Source of the DNA: Candidatus Iainarchaeum sp. | GTDB taxonomy: Archaea > Iainarchaeota > Iainarchaeia > Iainarchaeales > JACQJH01 | Reading direction: 5' to 3' | Assembly (NCBI GenBank): GCA_016205145.1 | Contig: JACQJH010000002.1 | Span: forward strand, 180,001-212,000 | Length of the DNA: 32,000 bases | In this document: piece by piece, positions 25,706 through 32,000 of the stretch | Layout: each line of letters begins with the position of its first letter | How positions within the stretch are numbered: the first letter of the stretch is position 1 | The notes under the pieces: model-generated | What the model saw: the letters and a program-made list of their open reading frames with translations, nothing else | What the model was told of the DNA's origin: nothing | Database searches by the model: none | Position numbers and translations under genes: made by a program

Positions 25706-26410
25706 CTAACCCCATCTTTCAATGCGGATGTTTTCCTTTGCAACTCCCGCCTGGCCGAGCAGTTCGTTGAGGCTTGCCACCATTTCATTGGGCCCGCAGA
25801 TGTAGAAGACCTTTCCATCAAGCCCCCCGATGGCCTCTGCGATGCAGTCCGGGTGGAAGCGCCCGAGCAATCCATTCCAGCCATCCGGTGTTTCCCTTGT
25901 CAGGGTCCAGATTGCCTTGACATTCTTGTTTGCCTTTTCAAGCGCGTTCAGCTCGTCAAAATAAATCAGGTTTTCGCGGGTACGGGCGCTGAAAAGTATG
26001 AAGACCTTGGTCGGCAGGCGCTTCTCCGTTATGTAGTGCGCCATGCACCGGAATGGGGCGATGCCGGTGCCACCCGAAACAAGGACAATGCACTTGTCGT
26101 TTTCGCCCAGGACAAAGTGGCCGGCCGGGCCTTTCGCGACAACCGCGTCCCCCGGCTTCGCCCCGAACAGGCGCGACGTGAATTTTCCGACCTTGTTGCA
26201 GGTTATCTCAAAAAACCCCTTTTTAGTTGGCGGGGATGAAATCGAATACGAGCGCACGGTCGCGGAATCATCCGGAAAACTGAGCATTACAAACTGCCCC
26301 GGCCTGAAATCGAAGTCAACGCCTTCCGGGATTGCGAAGCGGAACGTTTTGGTGTCAAGGGCCTCGTCTTTTATTGAGAGGATTTTTGACTCGAACCTGG
26401 TGAAAGCCAT
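25706..26410 (-). CDS. FAD/NAD(P)-binding oxidoreductase, ferredoxin-NADP+ reductase (FNR-like) family
   Basis: 234 aa. FRPGQFVML, RSYSISS (FAD binding), GGTGIAPF (NAD binding) and a C-terminal YICGP. GAGGTG lies 6 nt upstream. Confidence 0.8.
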   Translation of the reverse strand: MAFTRFESKILSIKDEALDTKTFRFAIPEGVDFDFRPGQFVMLSFPDDSATVRSYSISSPPTKKGFFEITCNKVGKFTSRLFGAKPGDAVVAKGPAGHFVLGENDKCIVLVSGGTGIAPFRCMAHYITEKRLPTKVFILFSARTRENLIYFDELNALEKANKNVKAIWTLTRETPDGWNGLLGRFHPDCIAEAIGGLDGKVFYICGPNEMVASLNELLGQAGVAKENIRIERWG

Positions 26411-26521
26411 TCAGGCACCTCGGACAGTGTAAATGTTTTGGACTGCAAAAACTATAAATATGCCACGCCACAAGATACTTTAAAAGGCAAAAAATGCCGG
26501 AGCAGACGGACGGAAGAAAAA

Positions 26522-27610
26522 ATGCCTAAGGAAAGCAGGCGCAATGCCAAACCCGGGAGAAGCCTCGGCTCAACACTGTTCATTGTTGCCGTCCTTGCCA
26601 TCGCGGTTTACCTCGTCGCGCAGCAGAGCGGCATGACAAAAAGCGGCACCACAAGCGGCAACAGCATTCTTCCGGCCCTGGCGCAGCAGGACGCCAACGG
26701 CAGCATAAGCGTTTTCTTCTGCCCCCAGGACAACTGCGGGTTTGAACTCAACAATGCGATAAGGAAGGCGGGAAAAAGCGTTGACTGCGCGCTATACGAA
26801 CTCAACCTGCCTTATGTCATAAGCACGCTTGAGGAAAAGCAAAAATCCATTCCGGTGCGCATAATGATTGACTCCGACAACATCGGCGAAGAGCAGAGTC
26901 TGGCGCAATTCAAGCAGCAGGGTTTCCTTAAAACCGATGACAGGGGCCCTTTCATGCACGACAAGTTCTGCGTGATTGACGGGAAAACTGTTACAACCGG
27001 TTCGATGAACGCGACGGGAAACGACGACGCGAAAAACAACAACAACCTTGAAATAATCGAGTCGCCGGCCCTGGCCGCAAATTATTCCGCGGAATTCGAT
27101 GAAATCTGGAACGGCGAATTCGGCAAAAGCTCGCCAAAGAATGCAACAACCGCATTCAGGATAGCCGGAACCGGGGTCGACAATTTTTTCTGCCCGGAAG
27201 ACGATTGCGAGGAACACATACTTGCGGAGCTGGACAAGGCGCAGAAAAGCGTCGACTTCATGACGTTCAGTTTCACGAGCGACGCGATCGAAGCCAAGCT
27301 GATTGAACTGATGAAAAAAGGGGTTGTTGTCAGGGGCGTGTTTGAAAAGCGCAGCAACGACGAAAGCTATTCCGCGTATTTCCCGCTGCAGAAGGCGGGC
27401 GCCGACGTCAAGCTGGACGGCAACCCCGCAACAATGCATCACAAGGTTTTCATAATCGACGGAAAAGCCGTAACAACCGGCTCGATGAACCCGACTGCAA
27501 ACGGCAACGAGAAAAACGACGAAAACCTGATAATACTGCACGGCCAAAGCATCGCGGAACGGTTTGAAAGGGAATTCGAAAAGGTTTTCGCGGAAGGCAG
27601 TGCGGAATAA
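26522..27610 (+). CDS. Membrane-anchored phospholipase D-family protein with two HKD motifs (Nuc-like tandem)
   Basis: The ATG at 26522 gives a basic N-terminus and one TM segment (LFIVAVLAIAVYLVA). HKD motifs are MHDKFCVIDGKTVTTGSMNATGNDD and MHHKVFIIDGKAVTTGSMNPTANGNE. The track start at 26438 is TTG. Confidence 0.85.
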   Translation: MPKESRRNAKPGRSLGSTLFIVAVLAIAVYLVAQQSGMTKSGTTSGNSILPALAQQDANGSISVFFCPQDNCGFELNNAIRKAGKSVDCALYELNLPYVISTLEEKQKSIPVRIMIDSDNIGEEQSLAQFKQQGFLKTDDRGPFMHDKFCVIDGKTVTTGSMNATGNDDAKNNNNLEIIESPALAANYSAEFDEIWNGEFGKSSPKNATTAFRIAGTGVDNFFCPEDDCEEHILAELDKAQKSVDFMTFSFTSDAIEAKLIELMKKGVVVRGVFEKRSNDESYSAYFPLQKAGADVKLDGNPATMHHKVFIIDGKAVTTGSMNPTANGNEKNDENLIILHGQSIAERFEREFEKVFAEGSAE

Positions 27611-27655
27611 AAAACCAAAACAAAAAAGCAAAATAAAAAAAACAAAAAAACCTGT
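27611..27655 (-). terminator. Multiple oligo-T tracts (T7, T8, T6) directly after the nadK stop
   Basis: The minus strand reads caggTTTTTTTgTTTTTTTTaTTTTgcTTTTTTgTTTTggTTTTTT. Confidence 0.5.
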
Positions 27656-28717
27656 TTATGCCTGTTTCTTCTGCTGTTGCAGGATGTAAATGTGCTGCCT
27701 TGGGTCCGCCAAAAACGGTTTTTTGAGGACCAGGCGTTTGCGGACGAGGACGTTGAGCGCTCTGCGCACTGTGCGCGCGGGAAGGCCTGTCGCGTTGATT
27801 ATTTCCTTCTGCGTGAGCGAGGACTCCATTTCAAGTATTTTGAGGACAAAGCGCGCCGAGGGAGGCGCGTCGCTTGCCTCGATCCCGGATTCAAGGGATT
27901 TCGGCATTTTCGTGCGCTTGCCGGGCGAGGCGAACGAAAGCCTGCTCAGCCTTGCAAGCAATGCCGGAAACCTTGATTTCTGGCACGACAATGATTCGGA
28001 AACCTTCAGCCGGGTCTGGCCGTCAACCACAACCTCGCATGGCGCCGCGGAATTGATTCCGAAAAGCTCTATTTTCGAGTCGTCGCCGACAACCAGCGGC
28101 TTTGTGTCAGCCATCGAATTTATGGGCGTTATGAGCAGTGCCTTCGCGCTCGGCTGGATTATCGGGCCGCGCGCTGAAAGCGAGTAAGCCGTGCTGCCGG
28201 TCGGGGTTGAGACGATCGCGCCGTCCGCACTGTCTTTCCACAGGTATTCCGAATTCACTTTCAGGCCGTATCTCATTATGGTGGCGCTTTTCATCGAACT
28301 CATCACGATTTCGTTCAGCGCAAGGGGCAGTTCATTGCCGTCTGCAATGCCTGCAATCCTCGTGCGCTCCTCGACCACAAAATCGCCTGAAAGTATGACC
28401 GGAAGCTTCTTGTCAAAATTCTCGTAATGCAGGGCCATGAGATAGCCGACTTCGCCGCAGTTGACGCCGAAAACCGGCACCCGCTTGGTCCCAAGGTCCC
28501 TGAAAATGTGCAGCAATGTTCCATCACCGCCGAACGCAAGCACGAGGTCGACGTCAAATTCGGCAATCGGAATGGAATATTTCGATGGAAAAAATTCCCT
28601 GGCAACCCTGACCTTGACGCCGTGCTTTTGAATCACTTTTATCGCGCGCTTCGCGGTTTTCTTGGCGAGGTCGTTCCGGAAATGGCCTGCAATGCCCACC
28701 GAGGAGATTTTGCGCAT
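27656..28717 (-). CDS. nadK: NAD kinase fused to a C-terminal winged-helix (MarR/TrmB-like) domain
   Basis: 353 aa from the ATG at 28717; the track start at 28807 is TTG. GGDGT (aa 63-67), LNEIV (aa 134-138) and TPTGSTAYSLSARGP (aa 171-185). After a ~25-aa linker comes SLTQKEIINATGLPARTVRRALNVLVRKRLV...DPRQHIYIL (aa ~286-346; nt ~27680-27862). Confidence 0.85.
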   Translation of the reverse strand: MRKISSVGIAGHFRNDLAKKTAKRAIKVIQKHGVKVRVAREFFPSKYSIPIAEFDVDLVLAFGGDGTLLHIFRDLGTKRVPVFGVNCGEVGYLMALHYENFDKKLPVILSGDFVVEERTRIAGIADGNELPLALNEIVMSSMKSATIMRYGLKVNSEYLWKDSADGAIVSTPTGSTAYSLSARGPIIQPSAKALLITPINSMADTKPLVVGDDSKIELFGINSAAPCEVVVDGQTRLKVSESLSCQKSRFPALLARLSRLSFASPGKRTKMPKSLESGIEASDAPPSARFVLKILEMESSLTQKEIINATGLPARTVRRALNVLVRKRLVLKKPFLADPRQHIYILQQQKKQA

Positions 28718-28762
28718 AAGCGGATGGGGGTGCAAAAGCAATAAAAAACAGTATGAAAAAGG

Positions 28763-28775
28763 GGCCAATTTGGCC
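28763..28775. promoter_or_regulatory. Perfect 6-1-6 palindrome GGCCAATTTGGCC in the nadK/nadA divergent spacer (candidate operator)
   Basis: Read directly from the sequence. In nadK sense it lies 12 nt upstream of the TATA-like TGTTTTTTATTG (28738-28751), which is ~25 nt from the nadK ATG. It overlaps the TGGCCAATAAAA 12-mer. Confidence 0.4.
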
Positions 28776-28782
28776 AATAAAA
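28771..28782 (+). repeat. Copy of the TGGCCAATAAAA 12-mer (nadA-sense)
   Basis: Exact match to the copies at 9628-9639 (-) and 12221-12232 (-). Confidence 0.5.
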
Positions 28783-28816
28783 CCGGAAAAGGGCTGAAAA
28801 AGTCCAAATATGGCAG

Positions 28817-28827
28817 CTATTTAAAAA
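28817..28827 (+). promoter_or_regulatory. TATA-like box CTATTTAAAAA ~26 nt upstream of the nadA ATG
   Basis: The position fits a leaderless nadA mRNA. No SD motif lies between the box and the ATG. Confidence 0.45.
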
Positions 28828-28847
28828 CGAGGCGAAAAACTATTGGT

Positions 28848-29903
28848 ATGCCTGAAATGCCGAACCGGAAAAGCGTGGCACTGGCAGTGACTGAGCAGTT
28901 GAAACGGGCCGGAGAGCCCTCCGCCCCTGAAATCGAAGCTGAGGCCGCAAGGCTGTTCGAAAAGCTGGGCAAAATCAGCCATTCCCTTGCCGATTGCAGG
29001 AAGTTCGCGAAACTGACGCTTAAAATTAACAGGCTCAAAAAGCTCAGGAATGCCACGATTCTCGCGCACAACTACCAGAGGCCGGAAATAATCTTCGGCA
29101 TAGCCGACTTTGTCGGCGATTCCCTCGGCCTTAGCGTTAATGCCGCCGGAACTGATGCGGATGAGATTGTTTTCTGCGGCGTGCGGTTCATGGCGGAAAC
29201 CGCGAAAATCCTGAGCCCGAAAAAGAAGGTTTTGCTGCCGGACACGGAAGCGGGATGCTCGCTTGCCGAAAGCATAACCGCAAAGGACATACGCGAACTG
29301 AAAAGGCAGCACCCCGATGCAGCGGTCGTCTGCTACGTGAACACGACCGCAGCCATAAAGGCAGAATCGGACATCTGCTGCACTTCCGCAAACATACGGA
29401 AAGTGCTTGACTCCCTGCCCAACAAAAAGGTAATTTTCGTGCCCGACGAGTTCATGGCAAAAAACGTGGCCGAAACCACTGACAAGGAGATAATCCGGTG
29501 GAAAGGCAGGTGCATTGTCCACGAAACGTTCAGGGAAGAAATGATCGGCGATTTCAGGGAAAAGCATCCCGGACTCAAGGTATTGTCGCATCTCGAGTGC
29601 TCGCCTTCCGTCATCGGCATTTCCGACATGGCAGGGAGCACCTCCGAAATGATTGATTTCGTGCGGAAAAGCGATGCCAAGGATTTCCTGCTTGCGACCG
29701 AATGCGGCCTCTCGGAAATGATGCAGGCGAACTTTCCGGAAAAAAACTTTGCCGGCACGTGCCAGATTTGCCCGTACATGAAAAAGATTAACCTTGAAAA
29801 CGTGCTCAAGGCGCTTGAAAACGGAAAATTCGGGATAACCGTTCCGGAAAAAACCCGGCGCAAGGCGAAAAAGTCCCTTGCCAGGATGATGGCGCTCGCT
29901 TAA
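28848..29903 (+). CDS. nadA: Quinolinate synthase
   Basis: 352 aa from the ATG at 28848. NATILAHNYQRPEI, three-repeat architecture with conserved Cys (EAGCSLAE, VCYVNT, HLECSP, CQICPYMK). The upstream part of the track ORF overlaps the nadK promoter and start. Confidence 0.9.
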   Translation: MPEMPNRKSVALAVTEQLKRAGEPSAPEIEAEAARLFEKLGKISHSLADCRKFAKLTLKINRLKKLRNATILAHNYQRPEIIFGIADFVGDSLGLSVNAAGTDADEIVFCGVRFMAETAKILSPKKKVLLPDTEAGCSLAESITAKDIRELKRQHPDAAVVCYVNTTAAIKAESDICCTSANIRKVLDSLPNKKVIFVPDEFMAKNVAETTDKEIIRWKGRCIVHETFREEMIGDFREKHPGLKVLSHLECSPSVIGISDMAGSTSEMIDFVRKSDAKDFLLATECGLSEMMQANFPEKNFAGTCQICPYMKKINLENVLKALENGKFGITVPEKTRRKAKKSLARMMALA

Positions 29904-29962
29904 CCTGTTTGAAGCCCGTGGGCAAAATCATAAAAAATCTTGCAGGCAATTTCCTTGCATAC

Positions 29963-30742
29963 ATGCTTTCATTAGAGCAGGCTAAAGCGGAAACGGAGTC
30001 GGCGCTGGCAAAAAAGAATCTGCTGTTGCTGGTGGGCGTCTGCCGCGTCGAATACTGGGGCAGGGCGGCCTCGAAACTGCCGAAAGGCAAGAGGCTCTTG
30101 CTCGTAAAGGAGGACGGCAGCTTTGCAGTGCACCAGAACAGGCTGCTCCGGCCGACCAATTACATGATGAACGCGAAAATCGGACTGGAAATAACCGGCA
30201 ATGCTCTTGTAATTTCCGCGAAAAAACTGAGGCCGAAGGAAGAGATAAAGGCTTTTTTTGATTCCGTGGAATTCGCTAAGCAGTTTGAAATGCGCGAAAA
30301 CGCGGATTTGCGGCTGTTCGGCTCGGAAAAACAGTTGAGCGACGAACTGATGCAGGGCCTCGATTTCATCGAGCCCGGCCTGAAGCCGTTGAAGCAGGAG
30401 CAGGTTTTCAGGAAAGGCATAGCAGACATCATCGCGGAAGACGCGTCCGGCAGGATGGTTGTCATCGAAGTGAAAAGAAGGCAGGCCGACTACGCCGCGG
30501 TGTCGCAATTGCAACGCTACATGAAGCAGGTCGAAAAGACGCTTGGAAAGGAGACGCGCGGCATTCTTGTCGCTCCCGACATCAGGAAGAACGCGCTTGA
30601 AATGCTTGAACGCTTTGGCCTTGAATTCTGCCGCTTTGAATTCGAAATCGGCAACCCGAAAGCCACGATAAAGGGCGTGCAGAAAAAGCAACAGACGATT
30701 TTCGAGGCGCTGGACGCGAAAAAGGAATCATTTAAGCCTTAG
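29963..30742 (+). CDS. nucS: Endonuclease NucS (EndoMS)
   Basis: VGVCRVEYWGRAASKLPKGKRLLLVKEDGSFAVHQN...PTNYM is the N-terminal DNA-binding domain. GIADIIAEDASGRMVVIEVKRR...QLQRYM is the RecB-like D..E.K nuclease. The start is uncertain (ATG 29963, TTG 29909 or GTG 29918). Confidence 0.85.
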   Translation: MLSLEQAKAETESALAKKNLLLLVGVCRVEYWGRAASKLPKGKRLLLVKEDGSFAVHQNRLLRPTNYMMNAKIGLEITGNALVISAKKLRPKEEIKAFFDSVEFAKQFEMRENADLRLFGSEKQLSDELMQGLDFIEPGLKPLKQEQVFRKGIADIIAEDASGRMVVIEVKRRQADYAAVSQLQRYMKQVEKTLGKETRGILVAPDIRKNALEMLERFGLEFCRFEFEIGNPKATIKGVQKKQQTIFEALDAKKESFKP

Positions 30743-31180
30743 AAGGAGTCTGGCGCGTTCAAGGGCGGATTCAAAATCCAGTTGGTGGATCAGTGTGTCA
30801 TCAAGCAGCACCTTGTCTCTGGAAGTCCTTCCACGGATGCCTAAAATCGCCAGGAGCCGGTACATCCGCGCATTTACGGCCAGTTCCTCATAAGGCCTGC
30901 AAATTCTTTGGGCCAGTTCCAGTGCATTCTCATAAGGCAGGTCGCGCCGTTGCGACAATTCGCGCAATTCCAATTTTGCCAGCGGCAGGTGCAATGGATG
31001 CACTTGGGCGAAGAGTTTGCCCAGCCCGTGCTTAAGCCTGGCCAGACGATCGGAAGGAATCGCTTTTGGGTATTCACGATAGACAACTCTTGTGCGGCGT
31101 GCGCCAACCCGCACACTGCGCGCACCAGCCCTTAAACGCCCCGCACTGCCCGGCCCAACCTTGGTTCCACGCCTCAGCAT
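30728..31180 (-). CDS. Hypothetical protein with Arg-rich N-terminus
   Basis: 150 aa from the ATG at 31180. The longer track ORF to 31396 is antisense to a plausible TM-protein gene. Mostly helical and unrecognised. Codon usage (CAA, CGG, TTA, CTA) differs from its neighbours. The 3' end overlaps nucS by 15 nt. Confidence 0.45.
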   Translation of the reverse strand: MLRRGTKVGPGSAGRLRAGARSVRVGARRTRVVYREYPKAIPSDRLARLKHGLGKLFAQVHPLHLPLAKLELRELSQRRDLPYENALELAQRICRPYEELAVNARMYRLLAILGIRGRTSRDKVLLDDTLIHQLDFESALERARLLLRLK

Positions 31181-31202
31181 GCAATAGAATTGTCCAAGGC
31201 CG

Positions 31203-31209
31203 TTAATAG
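31203..31209. promoter_or_regulatory. TATA-like TTAATAG centred between two divergent start codons (31180 minus, 31230 plus)
   Basis: Its centre is 26 nt from one ATG and 24 nt from the other. Neither ATG has an SD motif. Confidence 0.35.
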
Positions 31210-31229
31210 CCTTTCCGGCAGGATTAAAA

Positions 31230-31433
31230 ATGCCGGAAGACAAGAAAATATCAGGAAACAAAAAAACGGGGGCGGAAAAAATGGCTAACCTTTCGAAAAA
31301 CCAGGTGACTGGAATCGCATTGCTTGTGGCGGCGATAATCTTGTTCGTCAACATTCCGTTCATTTCGGCATTGAGGCCGCTTGTGCAGCTTGCCATAGTG
31401 CTGATAGCGCTTTACCTGATTTTCATCAAGTGA
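31230..31433 (+). CDS. Small membrane protein (67 aa, 2 TM)
   Basis: Basic N-terminus MPEDKKISGNKKTGAEK, then two hydrophobic helices (GIALLVAAIILFVNIPFI and LVQLAIVLIALYLIFI). Confidence 0.5.
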   Translation: MPEDKKISGNKKTGAEKMANLSKNQVTGIALLVAAIILFVNIPFISALRPLVQLAIVLIALYLIFIK

Positions 31434-31470
31434 AAGCGAAACAAAAAAGCCGGGTGAAAAGCGGAATGCC

Positions 31471-32000
31471 TTAGGGCTCCGGCGGCCCCGGAGCGTTTGT
31501 TGCCTTTGCGGCTTTCGCAATCTTCGAAAAGAACGAGTCGCCTAGAATCGCCTCGGAAATTGTCTTGTCGACGAATTTCTGCAGGGCTGTGTTGTCGGCT
31601 TCCCCTTTTTTGCCGAGAATCAGGCTCAGGACGTCATCCCAGTTCCGGTGGACATAAACAAGCCCCGGAATCCTGTCATTCTGGGACTGGTCTGAAAACG
31701 AGTACGCTTCCTCGACCAGCGCAAAACCGACCTTGCTGAACCGCATGGTGTAAAACGCGCCGGTCCAGACGTCATGGTCGACGAGCACTGCTTCGTTAAC
31801 GCCAATGCCTTTCAATTGCAGGAAAGTTTCGATCGATTTCTGCTTTGAGAATTCGTCCTTGTAATCCGGGTTTTTCGCGACAGCATTCTCGTACCTTTCC
31901 CTGTCGATTTCGTTTTTTTCGGAAAGGTATTGTTCTGAAACCCCGAAAATGTTTCCATCCGGGAAAAACGCGTCCAGGCCGGACTCTTTTGCAGTTGCCG
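31471..32000 (-). CDS. Hypothetical protein (5' end outside window)
   Basis: Hand extension shows the frame stays open from 31815 to the window end (>=176 aa). The M in the track is a TTG. C-terminal ...AKAAKATNAPGPPEP. No recognised motif. Confidence 0.55.
   Translation of the reverse strand, partial: ATAKESGLDAFFPDGNIFGVSEQYLSEKNEIDRERYENAVAKNPDYKDEFSKQKSIETFLQLKGIGVNEAVLVDHDVWTGAFYTMRFSKVGFALVEEAYSFSDQSQNDRIPGLVYVHRNWDDVLSLILGKKGEADNTALQKFVDKTISEAILGDSFFSKIAKAAKATNAPGPPEP

Noticed and set aside
28662-28847. N-terminal extensions in the ORF track that begin at TTG/GTG: nadA from 28662, nadK from 28807, PLD from 26438, dehydrogenase from 24150, ogt from 7463, leuC from 4146, nadC from 8777, rbcL from 10951, S8e from 16661.
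   Set aside because: The extensions overlap neighbouring genes or promoters and encode non-homologous sequence. Downstream ATG/GTG codons are preceded by GGTG-type SD motifs or by TATA-like boxes ~25 nt upstream.
31181-31396. Upstream 72 codons of the 222-aa minus-strand ORF (30728-31396).
   Set aside because: This part is antisense to a plausible ATG-started 2-TM protein gene (31230-31433) and translates to hydrophobic mirror sequence. The internal ATG at 31180, with a TATA-like box 26 nt upstream, is the more economical start.

Overview
This is a densely coding (~90%) chromosomal segment from an archaeon. The archaeal assignment rests on an HMf-type histone, TFB, ribosomal protein S8e, full-length Hef, NucS, a Cgi121-like protein and a form III RuBisCO. 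Gene starts are preceded either by Shine-Dalgarno-like GGTG/GGAGGTG motifs or by A/T-rich TATA-like boxes ~25 nt upstream, which suggests leaderless transcripts. Oligo-T tracts follow many stops. I found no rRNA, tRNA, CRISPR array, transposase or integrase. In order, the window contains: a partial FtsX-type ABC permease; a bacterial-style leuA-leuC-leuD-leuB operon with ilvE upstream; a tight nadE-nadC-nadD-ogt operon; form III RuBisCO divergent from archaeal cytidylate kinase; histone; Hef; a short AglB/STT3-like membrane glycosyltransferase abutting a Cgi121-like gene; S8e; a secreted metzincin; TFB; a DUF422-like membrane protein; RNase HII; Hsp20; ScpB preceded by a membrane protein; a GDH-family dehydrogenase; ferredoxin; endonuclease III; an FNR-like oxidoreductase; a membrane-anchored two-HKD PLD protein; NAD kinase fused to a C-terminal winged-helix domain, divergent from nadA; NucS; and ~1.3 kb of unknown-function genes. 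The most interesting signal is a candidate NAD regulon. The NadK-wHTH fusion sits next to a perfect 13-bp palindrome (GGCCAATTTGGCC). A near-identical palindrome (GGACAATTTGTCC) lies upstream of nadE, and both are 12 nt from a TATA-like element. Other leads are a Leu-rich micro-ORF followed by an oligo-T tract ahead of leuA, an orphan form III RuBisCO, a metzincin with a snapalysin-type HExxHxxGxxD site, a minimal AglB-like protein with a degenerate WWDYG motif, an unannotated 41-aa basic ORF, a repeated TGGCCAATAAAA motif, and a compositionally distinct patch of hypothetical genes at the 3' end. All functional calls come from motif recognition by eye; no database search was run.
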